A DNA stretch of 64,000 nt from contig OZ252149.1 in the NCBI GenBank assembly GCA_965248755.1, forward strand, positions 2,066,295-2,130,294. The letters are read 5' to 3'. The DNA is from Candidatus Latescibacterota bacterium. Lineage in GTDB: Bacteria > Latescibacterota > CBDEFO01. Below the pieces are notes generated by a model. That model worked only from the letters and a program-made list of their open reading frames with translations. It made no database searches and was not told where the DNA came from. Within the stretch, counting starts at the first letter, position 1; each line of letters begins with the position of its first letter. Shown here piece by piece: positions 1 through 8,736 of the stretch. Both the position numbers and the translations under genes were made by a program.

Positions 1-254
1 TATTTGGGCTTTAGAACACCGGGCGTATCCAGGAAGATCATCTGAGACGTTGCACTCGTCGCTATGCCCAGGACGTTTGTTCTAGTGGTCTGCGCCTTGG
101 GCGTGACGATGGAGAGCTTCTGTCCTATAAGCGCGTTAAACAGCGTAGACTTGCCGACATTGGGCTTTCCTATTATGGCCACATAGCCGCTTTTGTATGC
201 GTCACCTGGGGAGATATCCCCCTCTTTATTCGTGTCTTTCAAGGATTGTTCCAT
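1..254 (-). CDS. era: GTPase Era, N-terminal part (gene runs off the window start)
   Basis: Minus-strand translation reads [74 protein letters not shown]. This is the Era-type G1 P-loop GKPNVGKST plus the TPKAQTTR motif. Confidence 0.8.
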   Translation of the reverse strand, partial: MEQSLKDTNKEGDISPGDAYKSGYVAIIGKPNVGKSTLFNALIGQKLSIVTPKAQTTRTNVLGIATSATSQMIFLDTPGVLKPK

Positions 255-281
255 ATCAGGAAGGGACGGAAGGACTCATCT

Positions 282-1091
282 TTATAGACTCTGCTTCGCG
301 TATGTAACAGCGTTTTGGAAGATAGCCATTCCATCCCCTCTTTCTTTAAGCCCCTCTCTGGTCCATCTGGGATGCTGCGTCGGATGAATGTGCCTTTCAG
401 GGTGAGGCATCAGACCGAATATCCTGCCCGTTGGATCGCATATTCCAGCTATACGATCCGTCGAACCGTTGGGATTCCAGGGGTAGTCCGCTGGATTTCC
501 GTGATCGTCAACGTATCTGAGGACTATCTGACGGTTCTCCACAAGGGCAGACAGTGTCTCCTGGTCTCTTGTTATGAATTTTCCTTCGCCGTGCGCCACG
601 GGTAGATAGATCTTGCTATCTAGATCCTGTGTGAAGACGCACTTGGTCTCTTCGCCTTTTTCCAGATAGACCCATCTGTCTTCAAATTTGCCGGAGTCGT
701 TGTTTGTGAGCGTGGCCTCAGCCAGTGGGGCTTCCGCCTGAGGCTTGTACGACCCCTCCAAAGCTGGAAGCAGTCCCGCTTTGACGAGGGCCTGGAAGCC
801 GTTGCATATGCCTATTACGAGCTTTCCGTCCTCTATGAACCTCCCAATCTGATCGTAAAGTTTGTACCTGAGTTCGTTGGCAAGTATCTTGCCGGCTGCG
901 ACATCGTCTCCGTAGGTGAAGCCTCCGGGAAGGGCAAGGATGTGATACTCAGAGAGGAAGGAAGGAGCTTTTATTACGCGGTTTATATGGATCAGACTCG
1001 TCTCGGCGCCTGCTTGCTGGAGGGCAAACTCGGTCTCCTGGTCGCAGTTGGTTCCGGCGGTCCTTAGTATTACGGCTTTGACTTCCGCCAT
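282..1091 (-). CDS. purQ: phosphoribosylformylglycinamidine synthase subunit PurQ (glutamine amidotransferase)
   Basis: 269 aa. Class I GATase motifs: GTNCD near the N-terminus, PGGFTYGD, ICNGFQALVKAGLLP (catalytic Cys), and a C-terminal HPE. Confidence 0.9.
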   Translation of the reverse strand: MAEVKAVILRTAGTNCDQETEFALQQAGAETSLIHINRVIKAPSFLSEYHILALPGGFTYGDDVAAGKILANELRYKLYDQIGRFIEDGKLVIGICNGFQALVKAGLLPALEGSYKPQAEAPLAEATLTNNDSGKFEDRWVYLEKGEETKCVFTQDLDSKIYLPVAHGEGKFITRDQETLSALVENRQIVLRYVDDHGNPADYPWNPNGSTDRIAGICDPTGRIFGLMPHPERHIHPTQHPRWTREGLKERGDGMAIFQNAVTYAKQSL

Positions 1092-1097
1092 TATCCC

Positions 1098-2504
1098 CTA
1101 ATCCTTATATTCTTCAGAATCTATCCCGAATTCGTCCATCAATCTTTTTAGATGTCTCGGAGTTATTTCAAGAATCAAGGCGGCCTTACCGATTGCACCT
1201 TGGGATTGGGAAAGGGCATTGTCCAGGATTTCAAATTTAGCCCTGTTCACCGCTTCTCTTAGAGTCAGGTCTCCGATCTGGTTTTCATCGGGGGAAACAG
1301 GAGATTCTTCAAGCTCCCGGTGCATTTCAAGCTCTAAATCTTCAGGCTCGATGTATCTGTCGCTCCCGCCGAACAGGAGGGAATTCTCTATAGCGTTTTT
1401 GAGTTCTCTGACGTTTCCGGGCCAATCGTATCGGGAGATCTTGTGTAAGGATTCGTCGGAGAGTTGTTTGTATATCTCAAGGTTTTTGGAGTACAGATCC
1501 AGGAAGTATTCGGCAAGGAGAGGTATGTCGCTCCTGCGCTCTCTTAAGAGAGGCAGCTCTATGATTGCGACTCTGAGCCTGTGATAAAGGTCGTCCCGGA
1601 ACTGGCCCGATTTCACAAGTTCGGAGAGGTCTCTGTTCGTGGCGACGATGATTCTGGCCTCAAGTTGCAACTGACTATTTCCGCCGAGGCGTTCGAAGGT
1701 CCTGTCCTGGAGCACCCTTAAGAGCTTGATCTGCACCTCTATGGGGATGTTCTCCACCTCATCCAGAAAGAGCGTCCCGGAGCCTGCCGACTCCAGCTTT
1801 GCGATGCGCCTCTGCGTGGCTCCGGTGTAGGCTCCCTTTTCGTGTCCGAATAGTTCGCTAGATGCAAGGTCAGGCGAAGTCTTTGAGACATCGGCGACCA
1901 CAAAGGGGGATCTACCGCTCAAGGTGTGTATAGCCCTTGCCACAAGTTCTTTGCCTGTTCCGGTCTCCCCCTTTATAAGGATTGTGGAATCTACACGAGC
2001 GGCTTTTTGTATCCTGTCGAAGACCTTGAGCATCTCTTCGGATTTCCCTATGATTCCCATAAACCTATCTGACTCGTTGAGCCTCTCTTTAAGTCTTTCG
2101 TTTTCGCGTTTGAGATCTGCTCTGTCCAATGCCCTATCTACGATGACAGAAAGGACATCCCTCCTCACGGGCTTTTCTAAGAAATCGTAGGCTCCCGACT
2201 TGAGCATTGCCTCTATCTTGGTGGCATCTCTTTGCGAGCCACTGATCACGACGACCTCTGTGGAGCGTTCCTTCTTTCTGACAGCGCTTAAAAAATCGAG
2301 CCCGTCTCTGCTGCTTCCCGTGTCGAATTTGAGATCCAGGAGGATAAGGTCTGGCTTTGCGCGTTCATATTGCCTCAAGCCCTCTTGAGGGTCTGAGGCG
2401 ATAACGACCTTGCAGTCCTTGGAAGAGAGTATCTCAGCGTAGAGGTCTCTATTGTACTCTTCGTCTTCGACTATGAGGATAGTATATCTGTTCCGAGAGT
2501 CCAT
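1098..2504 (-). CDS. sigma-54-dependent response regulator (NtrC/Fis family)
   Basis: N-terminal receiver (ILIVEDEE...DLILLDLKF). Central AAA+ sigma-54 activator domain (GETGTGKELVARAIH, GAYTGA, ESELFGHEKGAYTGA). C-terminal Fis-type HTH. Confidence 0.9.
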   Translation of the reverse strand: MDSRNRYTILIVEDEEYNRDLYAEILSSKDCKVVIASDPQEGLRQYERAKPDLILLDLKFDTGSSRDGLDFLSAVRKKERSTEVVVISGSQRDATKIEAMLKSGAYDFLEKPVRRDVLSVIVDRALDRADLKRENERLKERLNESDRFMGIIGKSEEMLKVFDRIQKAARVDSTILIKGETGTGKELVARAIHTLSGRSPFVVADVSKTSPDLASSELFGHEKGAYTGATQRRIAKLESAGSGTLFLDEVENIPIEVQIKLLRVLQDRTFERLGGNSQLQLEARIIVATNRDLSELVKSGQFRDDLYHRLRVAIIELPLLRERRSDIPLLAEYFLDLYSKNLEIYKQLSDESLHKISRYDWPGNVRELKNAIENSLLFGGSDRYIEPEDLELEMHRELEESPVSPDENQIGDLTLREAVNRAKFEILDNALSQSQGAIGKAALILEITPRHLKRLMDEFGIDSEEYKD

Positions 2505-2660
2505 AGTCTATTGCTCCAAAACAGTAGACAGATTGTGTGGTGCGAGGCGCCCTGGGTGCTCTGTTGATAGGGGACAAGCCACAAAGTGCGCGCCTCCGGG
2601 GCAGACACATAGCTCTGCCCGTACATATAGATATATACATAGGGACGAACCCTCCCCATG

Positions 2661-2732
2661 AATGTAGGGGCGATCCCCGATAGAGTCAATCGGGGACTCA
2701 ATCGGGGAGGGTTCACCCCGAAGCAATCTCCG
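2661..2732. repeat. composite dispersed repeat copy (GTAGGGGCGA module, CCCCGATAGAGTCAATCGGGG hairpin, CCCCGAAGCAATCTC module)
   Basis: Hairpin at 2685..2705. The flanking modules recur at more than 15 other sites in the window. Confidence 0.7.
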
Positions 2733-2758
2733 TTAGACTGCCTCTCCCTGTATGCAGT

Positions 2759-4351
2759 CTACTTGTCAGTCACCGGAAGTTTGACAATGAAGGTAGTGCC
2801 GGCCCCGACCTGGCTCTGGACGTCAATGGCCCCGCCATGTTTTTTTACCACTTCAAGGGACCCTGGAAGCCCGATGCCCATGCCGCCCTTCTTGTCGGTG
2901 GTGAAGAAATTGAATATATCCCGAATCTTCTCCTCCGGTATTCCGATCCCTGTGTCGCTGAACTTGATCTCTGCGCTCCGGCTATTATGCCCCTTGATGT
3001 CGATGGACAAAGAACCGCCGTCTTCCATCGCCTGATAGGCGTTTAGAACGATATTCGAGAAGACATCTACCATCTGTTCGGGATCGACTTCTATCGGCGG
3101 AACGTCTTTGCTGTACTCTTTGTGAACCTGTATATTCTCGGGCCTGGGAATTCTATCCAGAGAGGCGTCTATGAGGGTGGGGATACTGTAAGGCTCTTTT
3201 CGCGGCTCTTCGGGAACGGCTCTCCTCATCCTGCTTATGTCCTTTTTGACCAGCCCCAGATGTCTGTCTATTCCGTCCAGCGCCCTTTCGAGCCTGAGAT
3301 CGGACGTGCCCCCTTTGAGTGTCCTTTCTCTAATTTCGGCAGCAAACGTATCTATAGGATTTAGGAGGTTGCTGATATTGTGGGCTATCCTCCAGGTGCT
3401 CCTTCCTACCACCGCCAGCCTTTCTGACTCCTTCAGTTCATCCTGACGCTTCTTAATCTCAGAGAGCATGTATTTAAAGGCTCTGGAAAGCCCTCCTATC
3501 TCGTCGTTTCTATCTATGCCTGAAATATCTGCGTCCAATGCTCCTCCCGACGGAGTCGAGGCTCGACCTATTTTCTGGACATCTTCTGTGAGCCGCTTTA
3601 TGGGCTTTACCGTCTGTCTTATAAGAACATAGAAAAATGTAAGAGACAGCAGCGCGGCGGATAGCCCCACGATGCTCAGAAAAGGTACAGTAGGCATCAC
3701 AGGGCGGTAGTAGCCTATCTTGAGGACAAAGTCCCCGCGGTCCGATTCTATCCTCACTCCCACATCCTGGACCATCTCTCCCCCGTAGCGTATCTCATCG
3801 GAGATGATACCTTTGCCGTTATAGAGAAGCTCTTCTACGAGGTCGTAATCTCTGGGATCAGTGGAATACCCCTGTTCCTCCTCAACGTCTGTGGAAAGGT
3901 GGAACTTATGATCGTCACCTATTATCTTGATGTAGGCTATAAAGTCGCTCTTGTATTGGCTCTTGAGGAATTGGAATACAGCGTTTGCGGTGTAGTTATC
4001 TACGAGGGAACTTACAATATTGGCGACTTCTTTGGTTATGGGTTCGTATCCCTTTTCGAACATCTGGGCTTCATATTGTCGTCTTTCGAGCATCGTGGAT
4101 ATGAGGGAAAATAGAGCGACTACCAGTATGGATATTACGAATATAACCGTAGTCTTAAAGAGTATACCGACACGGAATCTGCGCTCGATCCCTTTGACTT
4201 CGACCTCACTCACTGATCTATCGCCTCCACCCGAAAGACAGTAGTCACTGGAAAGTGCATATCCGCCTATGTATAAAAATGTAACAATATTAAGGCCAAA
4301 AAGCAACCTTATTGTGACCCCCCTAAACATAGTAGACAGTAAACAGGGCAC
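2759..4351 (-). CDS. sensor histidine kinase (TM, HAMP, HisKA, HATPase_c)
   Basis: 530 aa with TM segments, an H-box (AHNISNLLNPI) and a G-box (GGMGIGLPGSLEVVKKHGGAIDVQSQVGAGTTFIVKLP). It is adjacent to the NtrC-type regulator and is the likely cognate pair. Confidence 0.85.
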   Translation of the reverse strand: MPCLLSTMFRGVTIRLLFGLNIVTFLYIGGYALSSDYCLSGGGDRSVSEVEVKGIERRFRVGILFKTTVIFVISILVVALFSLISTMLERRQYEAQMFEKGYEPITKEVANIVSSLVDNYTANAVFQFLKSQYKSDFIAYIKIIGDDHKFHLSTDVEEEQGYSTDPRDYDLVEELLYNGKGIISDEIRYGGEMVQDVGVRIESDRGDFVLKIGYYRPVMPTVPFLSIVGLSAALLSLTFFYVLIRQTVKPIKRLTEDVQKIGRASTPSGGALDADISGIDRNDEIGGLSRAFKYMLSEIKKRQDELKESERLAVVGRSTWRIAHNISNLLNPIDTFAAEIRERTLKGGTSDLRLERALDGIDRHLGLVKKDISRMRRAVPEEPRKEPYSIPTLIDASLDRIPRPENIQVHKEYSKDVPPIEVDPEQMVDVFSNIVLNAYQAMEDGGSLSIDIKGHNSRSAEIKFSDTGIGIPEEKIRDIFNFFTTDKKGGMGIGLPGSLEVVKKHGGAIDVQSQVGAGTTFIVKLPVTDK

Positions 4352-4662
4352 CGCCTCCCTTCCCTTGAGATTGCTTCGCTATCGCTCGCAATGACAATTC
4401 ATTTTGCTAAGGTCATTGCGCGGAGGCCTACCCCCGAATGATTGATCCCCGATAGATTCAATTGGGGAGGGTTCGCCCCGAAGCGATCCCCGACCCCGGA
4501 AAGGTTGAATCGGGGGCAATCGGGGACGGATCTCGCAGTCAGTACACCAAAGACACAGCCTCCTATCCCATTTTCCTGTGTTTCAGTCAAAAAATCTTTC
4601 CCCATAAAGGATATAGTATATATTGATAGGCACAACTGAGCAGTAGGAAAGATAAACCATCT

Positions 4663-5530
4663 ATGGGAACTGAGACTTACACAAAGGTACCAAACGATAT
4701 TATGGAAGGTATTTTGTGCAAGGGGTTGCTTTCAAAAAGAGAATCGCAAATCTTCTGTGTCATACTCAGAGAACGGTATAACGGCCAGTGGACAGTACGC
4801 CCTCTACGCGTTCAAAAGATCGCCGATTTTACTCGACTTGGTAGAGCAAATGCTTCCACTACTATAGGAGAGATGCTGAAGAAAAATATCATAAGACAAA
4901 GAGACGGAAAGAAAGGAAGATACTATCAAATTAATACAGATCCCCCAACTTGGATCACTAAAGGTTGTCAAAACAACAGCAAAAAGTTATTGAAACGATA
5001 ACTAAAAGTTGTCAAAACGACAACAATTGTTCCTCTAATCCATTGTTCCGCAAGGCGATACCGAGTCCTAAGGAAGCACCTAAAGGAAGTATCTAAGAAA
5101 GTATATGATGAAGATGGTAGTGCGGTCACTAAGGCACCAGACGAGACAGCATCGAAGTCTCTACAGACTTCAGCTTCAGCATCATCTTTCATAGAAATTC
5201 TATCGCAGAACATACCCGACTTCCCCGAAGACGGAAGGATACTTGAAGTAGCTAAGCGATGCGTCGAAGAGGACCCAGATGTAGATGAACGCCAGGTTGC
5301 CCAGAACTTCGTAAACTGGAAGGATCGCCCTACACTTACTCCCAAAAACATCGAATCCATCATTCAAAATCAATTTAGAACTGCCAGGGGAAAGGGCTAT
5401 TATCGCAAAGAGAGGAAGATAAACCGTCACCCTGGACAGATCCGAAAGACAAAGCAGTATATAGAAGAACTGAGAGAAACAGACGCCGAGTTAGAGTCAC
5501 AAACCCCTGAGGAGAGACAGGCAAAATGAG
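4663..5530 (+). pseudogene. phage replisome organizer / replication initiator-like protein (N-terminal HTH domain), interrupted by an in-frame TAA at 4999..5001
   Basis: 4663..5001 encodes LSKRESQIFCVILRERYNGQW..RPLRVQKIADFTRLGRANASTTIGEM, resembling the Phage_rep_org_N winged-helix domain. The same reading frame continues without a start codon from 5002 to 5530 (DEDGSAVTKAPDE...EERQAK). The two parts together are about 289 aa. Confidence 0.45.
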
Positions 5531-5547
5531 CAGGCATTAAGCAAATA

Positions 5548-5733
5548 ATGGAGGAAAGCTCAAGAAAGGCTAAAGAGTTTAGAAAAAGGAAGAAGTCCGC
5601 TAACCGAGACTTCAAGAGCGGCAGAATAAGCAGAGAGGCCTACGATAGCATCTTGAAGCAGATTCGCGATGAGGCGCAAGATGCCTGGGGACAAGGCGAA
5701 TCAGCAGACCGAATACAGGGAGAGGAAGTTTAA
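5548..5733 (+). CDS. small basic hypothetical protein (61 aa)
   Basis: ORF inside the TIR-bounded element. Lys/Arg-rich with coiled-coil character. No recognisable family. Confidence 0.3.
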   Translation: MEESSRKAKEFRKRKKSANRDFKSGRISREAYDSILKQIRDEAQDAWGQGESADRIQGEEV

Positions 5734-5894
5734 GGGAGATTGTTTGAGGCTGTACCTCCTCCCAATTACCCAACAACAAGCAATGTCTTTACGAGTACAG
5801 CCCGGTGTCATTGCGAGCGAAGCGAAGCAATCTCAAGTGAGGGGAGGCGGTACCCTGTCTACCCCCGATAGATTCCATCGGAGACTACTGTCTA

Positions 5895-6482
5895 CTATTT
5901 AATCACCTTGATCTCTTTGGAGGACTCAAATGGAGAAGCATGATTAGGCTCCTCCACAGCTCTTAACGTAACGCTCTCCTCCAGGGCGATGGTGAAGGTG
6001 ACCTTAGGCTTGGTGTGGATCGGGTGCAGATAGGCTCGTGCAAGTTCAATTTCGCCTTTGTATATGGCTATCCAGCGGACATGGTGTTGAAAGAGCGTGG
6101 GATGGAGAGCTCCCGCTCCGACCGTCACGGTCACATCGAACCATTCACCCGCTTTAACTGTGTCCGGGGCATCTATCCTGGGGACGTGCTTGGGGTCGTC
6201 CTCCACCTTGACTCTATTGATCTTTTTGAAATTAGTCACGACACTTTCATCTGTTACCTGATCCGCCATCTTTTCATCGGCAAAGACTGACGGGACGACT
6301 GTGCCGAAGATAATCCACAGGGCAACGGCAGAAAATGCAGAGGCCAATCCATAGATAAATCTTACCTTGACATTTGAGCACTTTTTAGCTATATCTAACC
6401 TTATATTCACCTTACGCCTCCTGATGTTTAGGTTTTGATCCAAGATGCCAATTACGAGGCGATATGCCAATTGCGAGACCAA
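5895..6482 (-). CDS. membrane-anchored desulfoferrodoxin / superoxide-reductase-like domain protein (lacks the Cys ligand)
   Basis: KHVPRIDAPDTVKAGEWFDVTVTVGAGALHPTLFQHHVRWIAIY resembles the SOR ferrous-iron domain (KHVPVI...HP...H...WIE). No Cys follows. There is an N-terminal TM helix. Confidence 0.45.
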   Translation of the reverse strand: MVSQLAYRLVIGILDQNLNIRRRKVNIRLDIAKKCSNVKVRFIYGLASAFSAVALWIIFGTVVPSVFADEKMADQVTDESVVTNFKKINRVKVEDDPKHVPRIDAPDTVKAGEWFDVTVTVGAGALHPTLFQHHVRWIAIYKGEIELARAYLHPIHTKPKVTFTIALEESVTLRAVEEPNHASPFESSKEIKVIK

Positions 6483-6884
6483 TGACGAGGCCTAATTATA
6501 ACTGCTGCGGAATCTCATGTCAAGGGAAAAATTAGAGATTCTTTCGCCCCGAAGCAATCTCAACCTGCAAGATCGTCTGAACAGCAAAATCCAGATTGCT
6601 TCCCCCCGATAGATTCAATCGGGGGACGCCCGCAGTGACGGTTTAGGAGGAGGAACTGTCCACAGATGAAGCAGATGGTTATTTCTCTGTTCTGTTTAGT
6701 CTTTCAGTTCGATGAAGCGATCGAGCAGAAGTGGATAAGAGAGTGGCTTTCTACGCCAACTCTGTGAGATATGCAGCGGCTATATCAGGCCCCGACTACG
6801 CCACCTCTAAGAACGGCTGGTAGGAACTAACGAAGAACCTGCAGGAGATGCAGGAATTAAGCGAGTTAAAGACAAGGAGGAAAC

Positions 6885-7673
6885 TTGATGAGAAAGATTA
6901 AATATAGAAACAGAAAGGGGGGAGGCGGTGCCCTGTCTCCCGTCTACTGTCTACTGTCTACTGCCTTCCTGGTCTTCCTCTCTATTTCGGACCTTTCAGA
7001 GGCATCAGCAGAGGTAGGGACGATTGGGGGAAGAGTGACCTTTGAAGGAGAGATTCCCAAGACGAAGGTGTTCAGGGTGACGATAGATAAATATACCTGT
7101 GGAGCTGAAAAGGCATCTCAGGAGCTGATAATCTCGCCGGATAGAGGGATAAAAAACGCTCTTCTATGGATAGAAGGCACCCCCGCTAAAAGGCAGCCGT
7201 CTGAATCGGAAAAAGATGGATTCATCACAGAATCTTCATACCGACTCGATCAGCAAAATTGCGAATATGTCCCGCACGTTCTGGTCGTCCCTCCAGAGGT
7301 CGCACTGAAGATCACGAACAGCGATCCCATAGCTCACAACGTGCACACTATCTCAGATGAGAATCCGTCTTTCAACAAGTTCCAGCAGAAGAACAAGCTG
7401 TCCGTGGTCTTCCAATACCCTGAGATAATTCAGGTGGAATGCAACATGCACAGTTGGATGAAGGCGTGGATCGTTGTGGCTGATAGTACATATTATGCGC
7501 TGACGAATAAAGACGGCTCGTTCAAAATAGAGAACATCCCGCCGGGGACCTATAAATTGAGGCTGTGGCACGAGTCCTTAGGGGAAAACGTAAAGGAAGT
7601 CATAGTTAAATTGGCAGAAGATTTGAAAGTGGACTTCAAACTCAGCAAGAGGAGTATGAATGAATCTGAATGA
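6885..7673 (+). CDS. secreted cupredoxin-like protein (putative type-1 copper site)
   Basis: His residues (HNVH), CNMHSWM (CxxHxxM) and a beta-rich sequence. The N-terminus overlaps a GGAGGCGGTGCCCTGTCTCC(CGTCTACTGTCTACTGTCTAC) repeat module, so the real start is probably downstream of 6885. Confidence 0.45.
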   Translation: MMRKIKYRNRKGGGGALSPVYCLLSTAFLVFLSISDLSEASAEVGTIGGRVTFEGEIPKTKVFRVTIDKYTCGAEKASQELIISPDRGIKNALLWIEGTPAKRQPSESEKDGFITESSYRLDQQNCEYVPHVLVVPPEVALKITNSDPIAHNVHTISDENPSFNKFQQKNKLSVVFQYPEIIQVECNMHSWMKAWIVVADSTYYALTNKDGSFKIENIPPGTYKLRLWHESLGENVKEVIVKLAEDLKVDFKLSKRSMNESE

Positions 7674-8406
7674 CAGCGTCGCTATTGTCACAGGGGCAGG
7701 TAGAGGGATAGGAGAAGCTACCGCCTTGAGGATGGCAGAGTACGGAGCAAAAGTTGCCATCGTGGACATGGATGCACTGACTGCCCACACGGTGGCAGAC
7801 AAGATAGAGGGTATGGGCCGAAGGGCAATCGCGGTGGTAGCAGATGTCTCCGACGCCTCGGATATCCGGAAGATAGTAGAAGCGACTTTGAAGGAGTTCA
7901 AAAGGATTGATATTCTGGTGAATAACGCAGGGATCGCGGGCAAGAGCGCAAAGTTATGGGAACTTACAGAGGAGGACTGGGACTCGGCGATGGACGTGGA
8001 CCTAAAGAGCGTCTTCTTGTGCTGCAAGGCCGTAGTCCCTCATATGATAGAGAGAAAATACGGAAAGATCGTGAACGTGGCTTCTATCGCGGGAAAAGAG
8101 GGAAATCCAAATCTTACGGCTTACTCAACCGCAAAGGCGGGCGTTATATGTCTGACAAAGGCTCTGGCCAAAGAGGTGATCGATTACAATATAAACGTAA
8201 ACTGCGTGTCTCCGGCCTTAGTAGATACTCCCCTATTGAGGCAGTTCCCTCAGCACGTCATAGATTATATGGTGGGCAAGATTCCGCTCGGCAGGCTGGG
8301 AACAGCTGATGAAGTGGCGGCTGTGATACATTTCTTGTCCTGTGACGATGCCAGCTTTGTTACAGGTCAGTGCTACGATGTCAGCGGAGGAAGAGCGACG
8401 TACTAA
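7660..8406 (+). CDS. SDR family oxidoreductase (3-oxoacyl-ACP reductase FabG-like)
   Basis: VAIVTGAGRGIGEATA Rossmann motif, NNAG, a YSTAKAG catalytic Tyr-x3-Lys, and a PG..TP C-terminus. Confidence 0.9.
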   Translation: MNLNDSVAIVTGAGRGIGEATALRMAEYGAKVAIVDMDALTAHTVADKIEGMGRRAIAVVADVSDASDIRKIVEATLKEFKRIDILVNNAGIAGKSAKLWELTEEDWDSAMDVDLKSVFLCCKAVVPHMIERKYGKIVNVASIAGKEGNPNLTAYSTAKAGVICLTKALAKEVIDYNINVNCVSPALVDTPLLRQFPQHVIDYMVGKIPLGRLGTADEVAAVIHFLSCDDASFVTGQCYDVSGGRATY

Positions 8407-8407
8407 A

Positions 8408-8690
8408 GATTGTAGGGGCGGGATGAATCAATCTCGTAGTCAGTAAAAAGGTAAAGGCAACGCAAGCCACACTGGTCTGCCGCTGCAGATGAATGTTGGG
8501 GCGAAGTCCGCTCGCCCTTTGGGCGCACCCACCGTGTTCGCCAGATTTATCCGTATTCTCAGGGAAGACACACAGCTCTTCTCCTGTAGATGCACCGTTC
8601 TATGTAGGGGCGAGGTTCGCTCGCCCCCGATTCTGTCAACGAGTGCTTGAGATTGCTTCGGGGTGAACCTCCTCGCAATGACTAAGGGTA
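8408..8690. repeat. composite repeat cluster (two GTAGGGGCGRG...CGCTCGCCC modules plus a GAGATTGCTTCGGGGTGAACCTCCTCGCAATGAC module)
   Basis: Same modules as the other dispersed-repeat copies. Intergenic, between the SDR gene and RecD2. Confidence 0.6.
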
Positions 8691-8736
8691 AAATAAGGAA
8701 TATCAGCAGAACTTTTTATTCAGGAAGAGCCAAAAG

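Larger units (their letters stand above)
4367..5833. mobile_element. putative 1.47 kb element bounded by 27-bp imperfect terminal inverted repeats, carrying a replisome-organizer-like gene
   Basis: 4367..4394 is GAGATTGCTTCGCTATCGCTCGCAATGA. 5807..5833 is its reverse complement with one indel (TCATTGCGAGCGAAGCGAAGCAATCTC). Hairpin repeat copies sit inside both ends (4447..4467, 4494..4516, 5871..5890). Confidence 0.4.

Noticed and set aside
1219-2388. Plus-strand ORFs 1219..1584, 1924..2190, 2200..2388
   Set aside because: They are entirely antisense to the well-supported NtrC-family gene, and low-complexity and Ser/Leu-rich as expected for the opposite strand of a coding region.
2449-3046. 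Small ORFs in and around 2449..2726 and 2658..3035
   Set aside because: They overlap the repeat-rich intergenic region and the antisense strand of the histidine kinase. The translations are dominated by repeat-derived peptides such as PIESIGD.
4399-4639. ORFs 4399..4635 (-) and 4442..4639 (+)
   Set aside because: They are translations of the hairpin-repeat cluster. The same SIGD/NRG peptides recur in ORFs 16169..16399, 23226..23429 and 47961..48287, wherever the repeat occurs.
7578-8027. ORF 7578..8027 (-) 149 aa
   Set aside because: Antisense to the high-confidence SDR reductase gene. Ala/Ser-rich with no motif.
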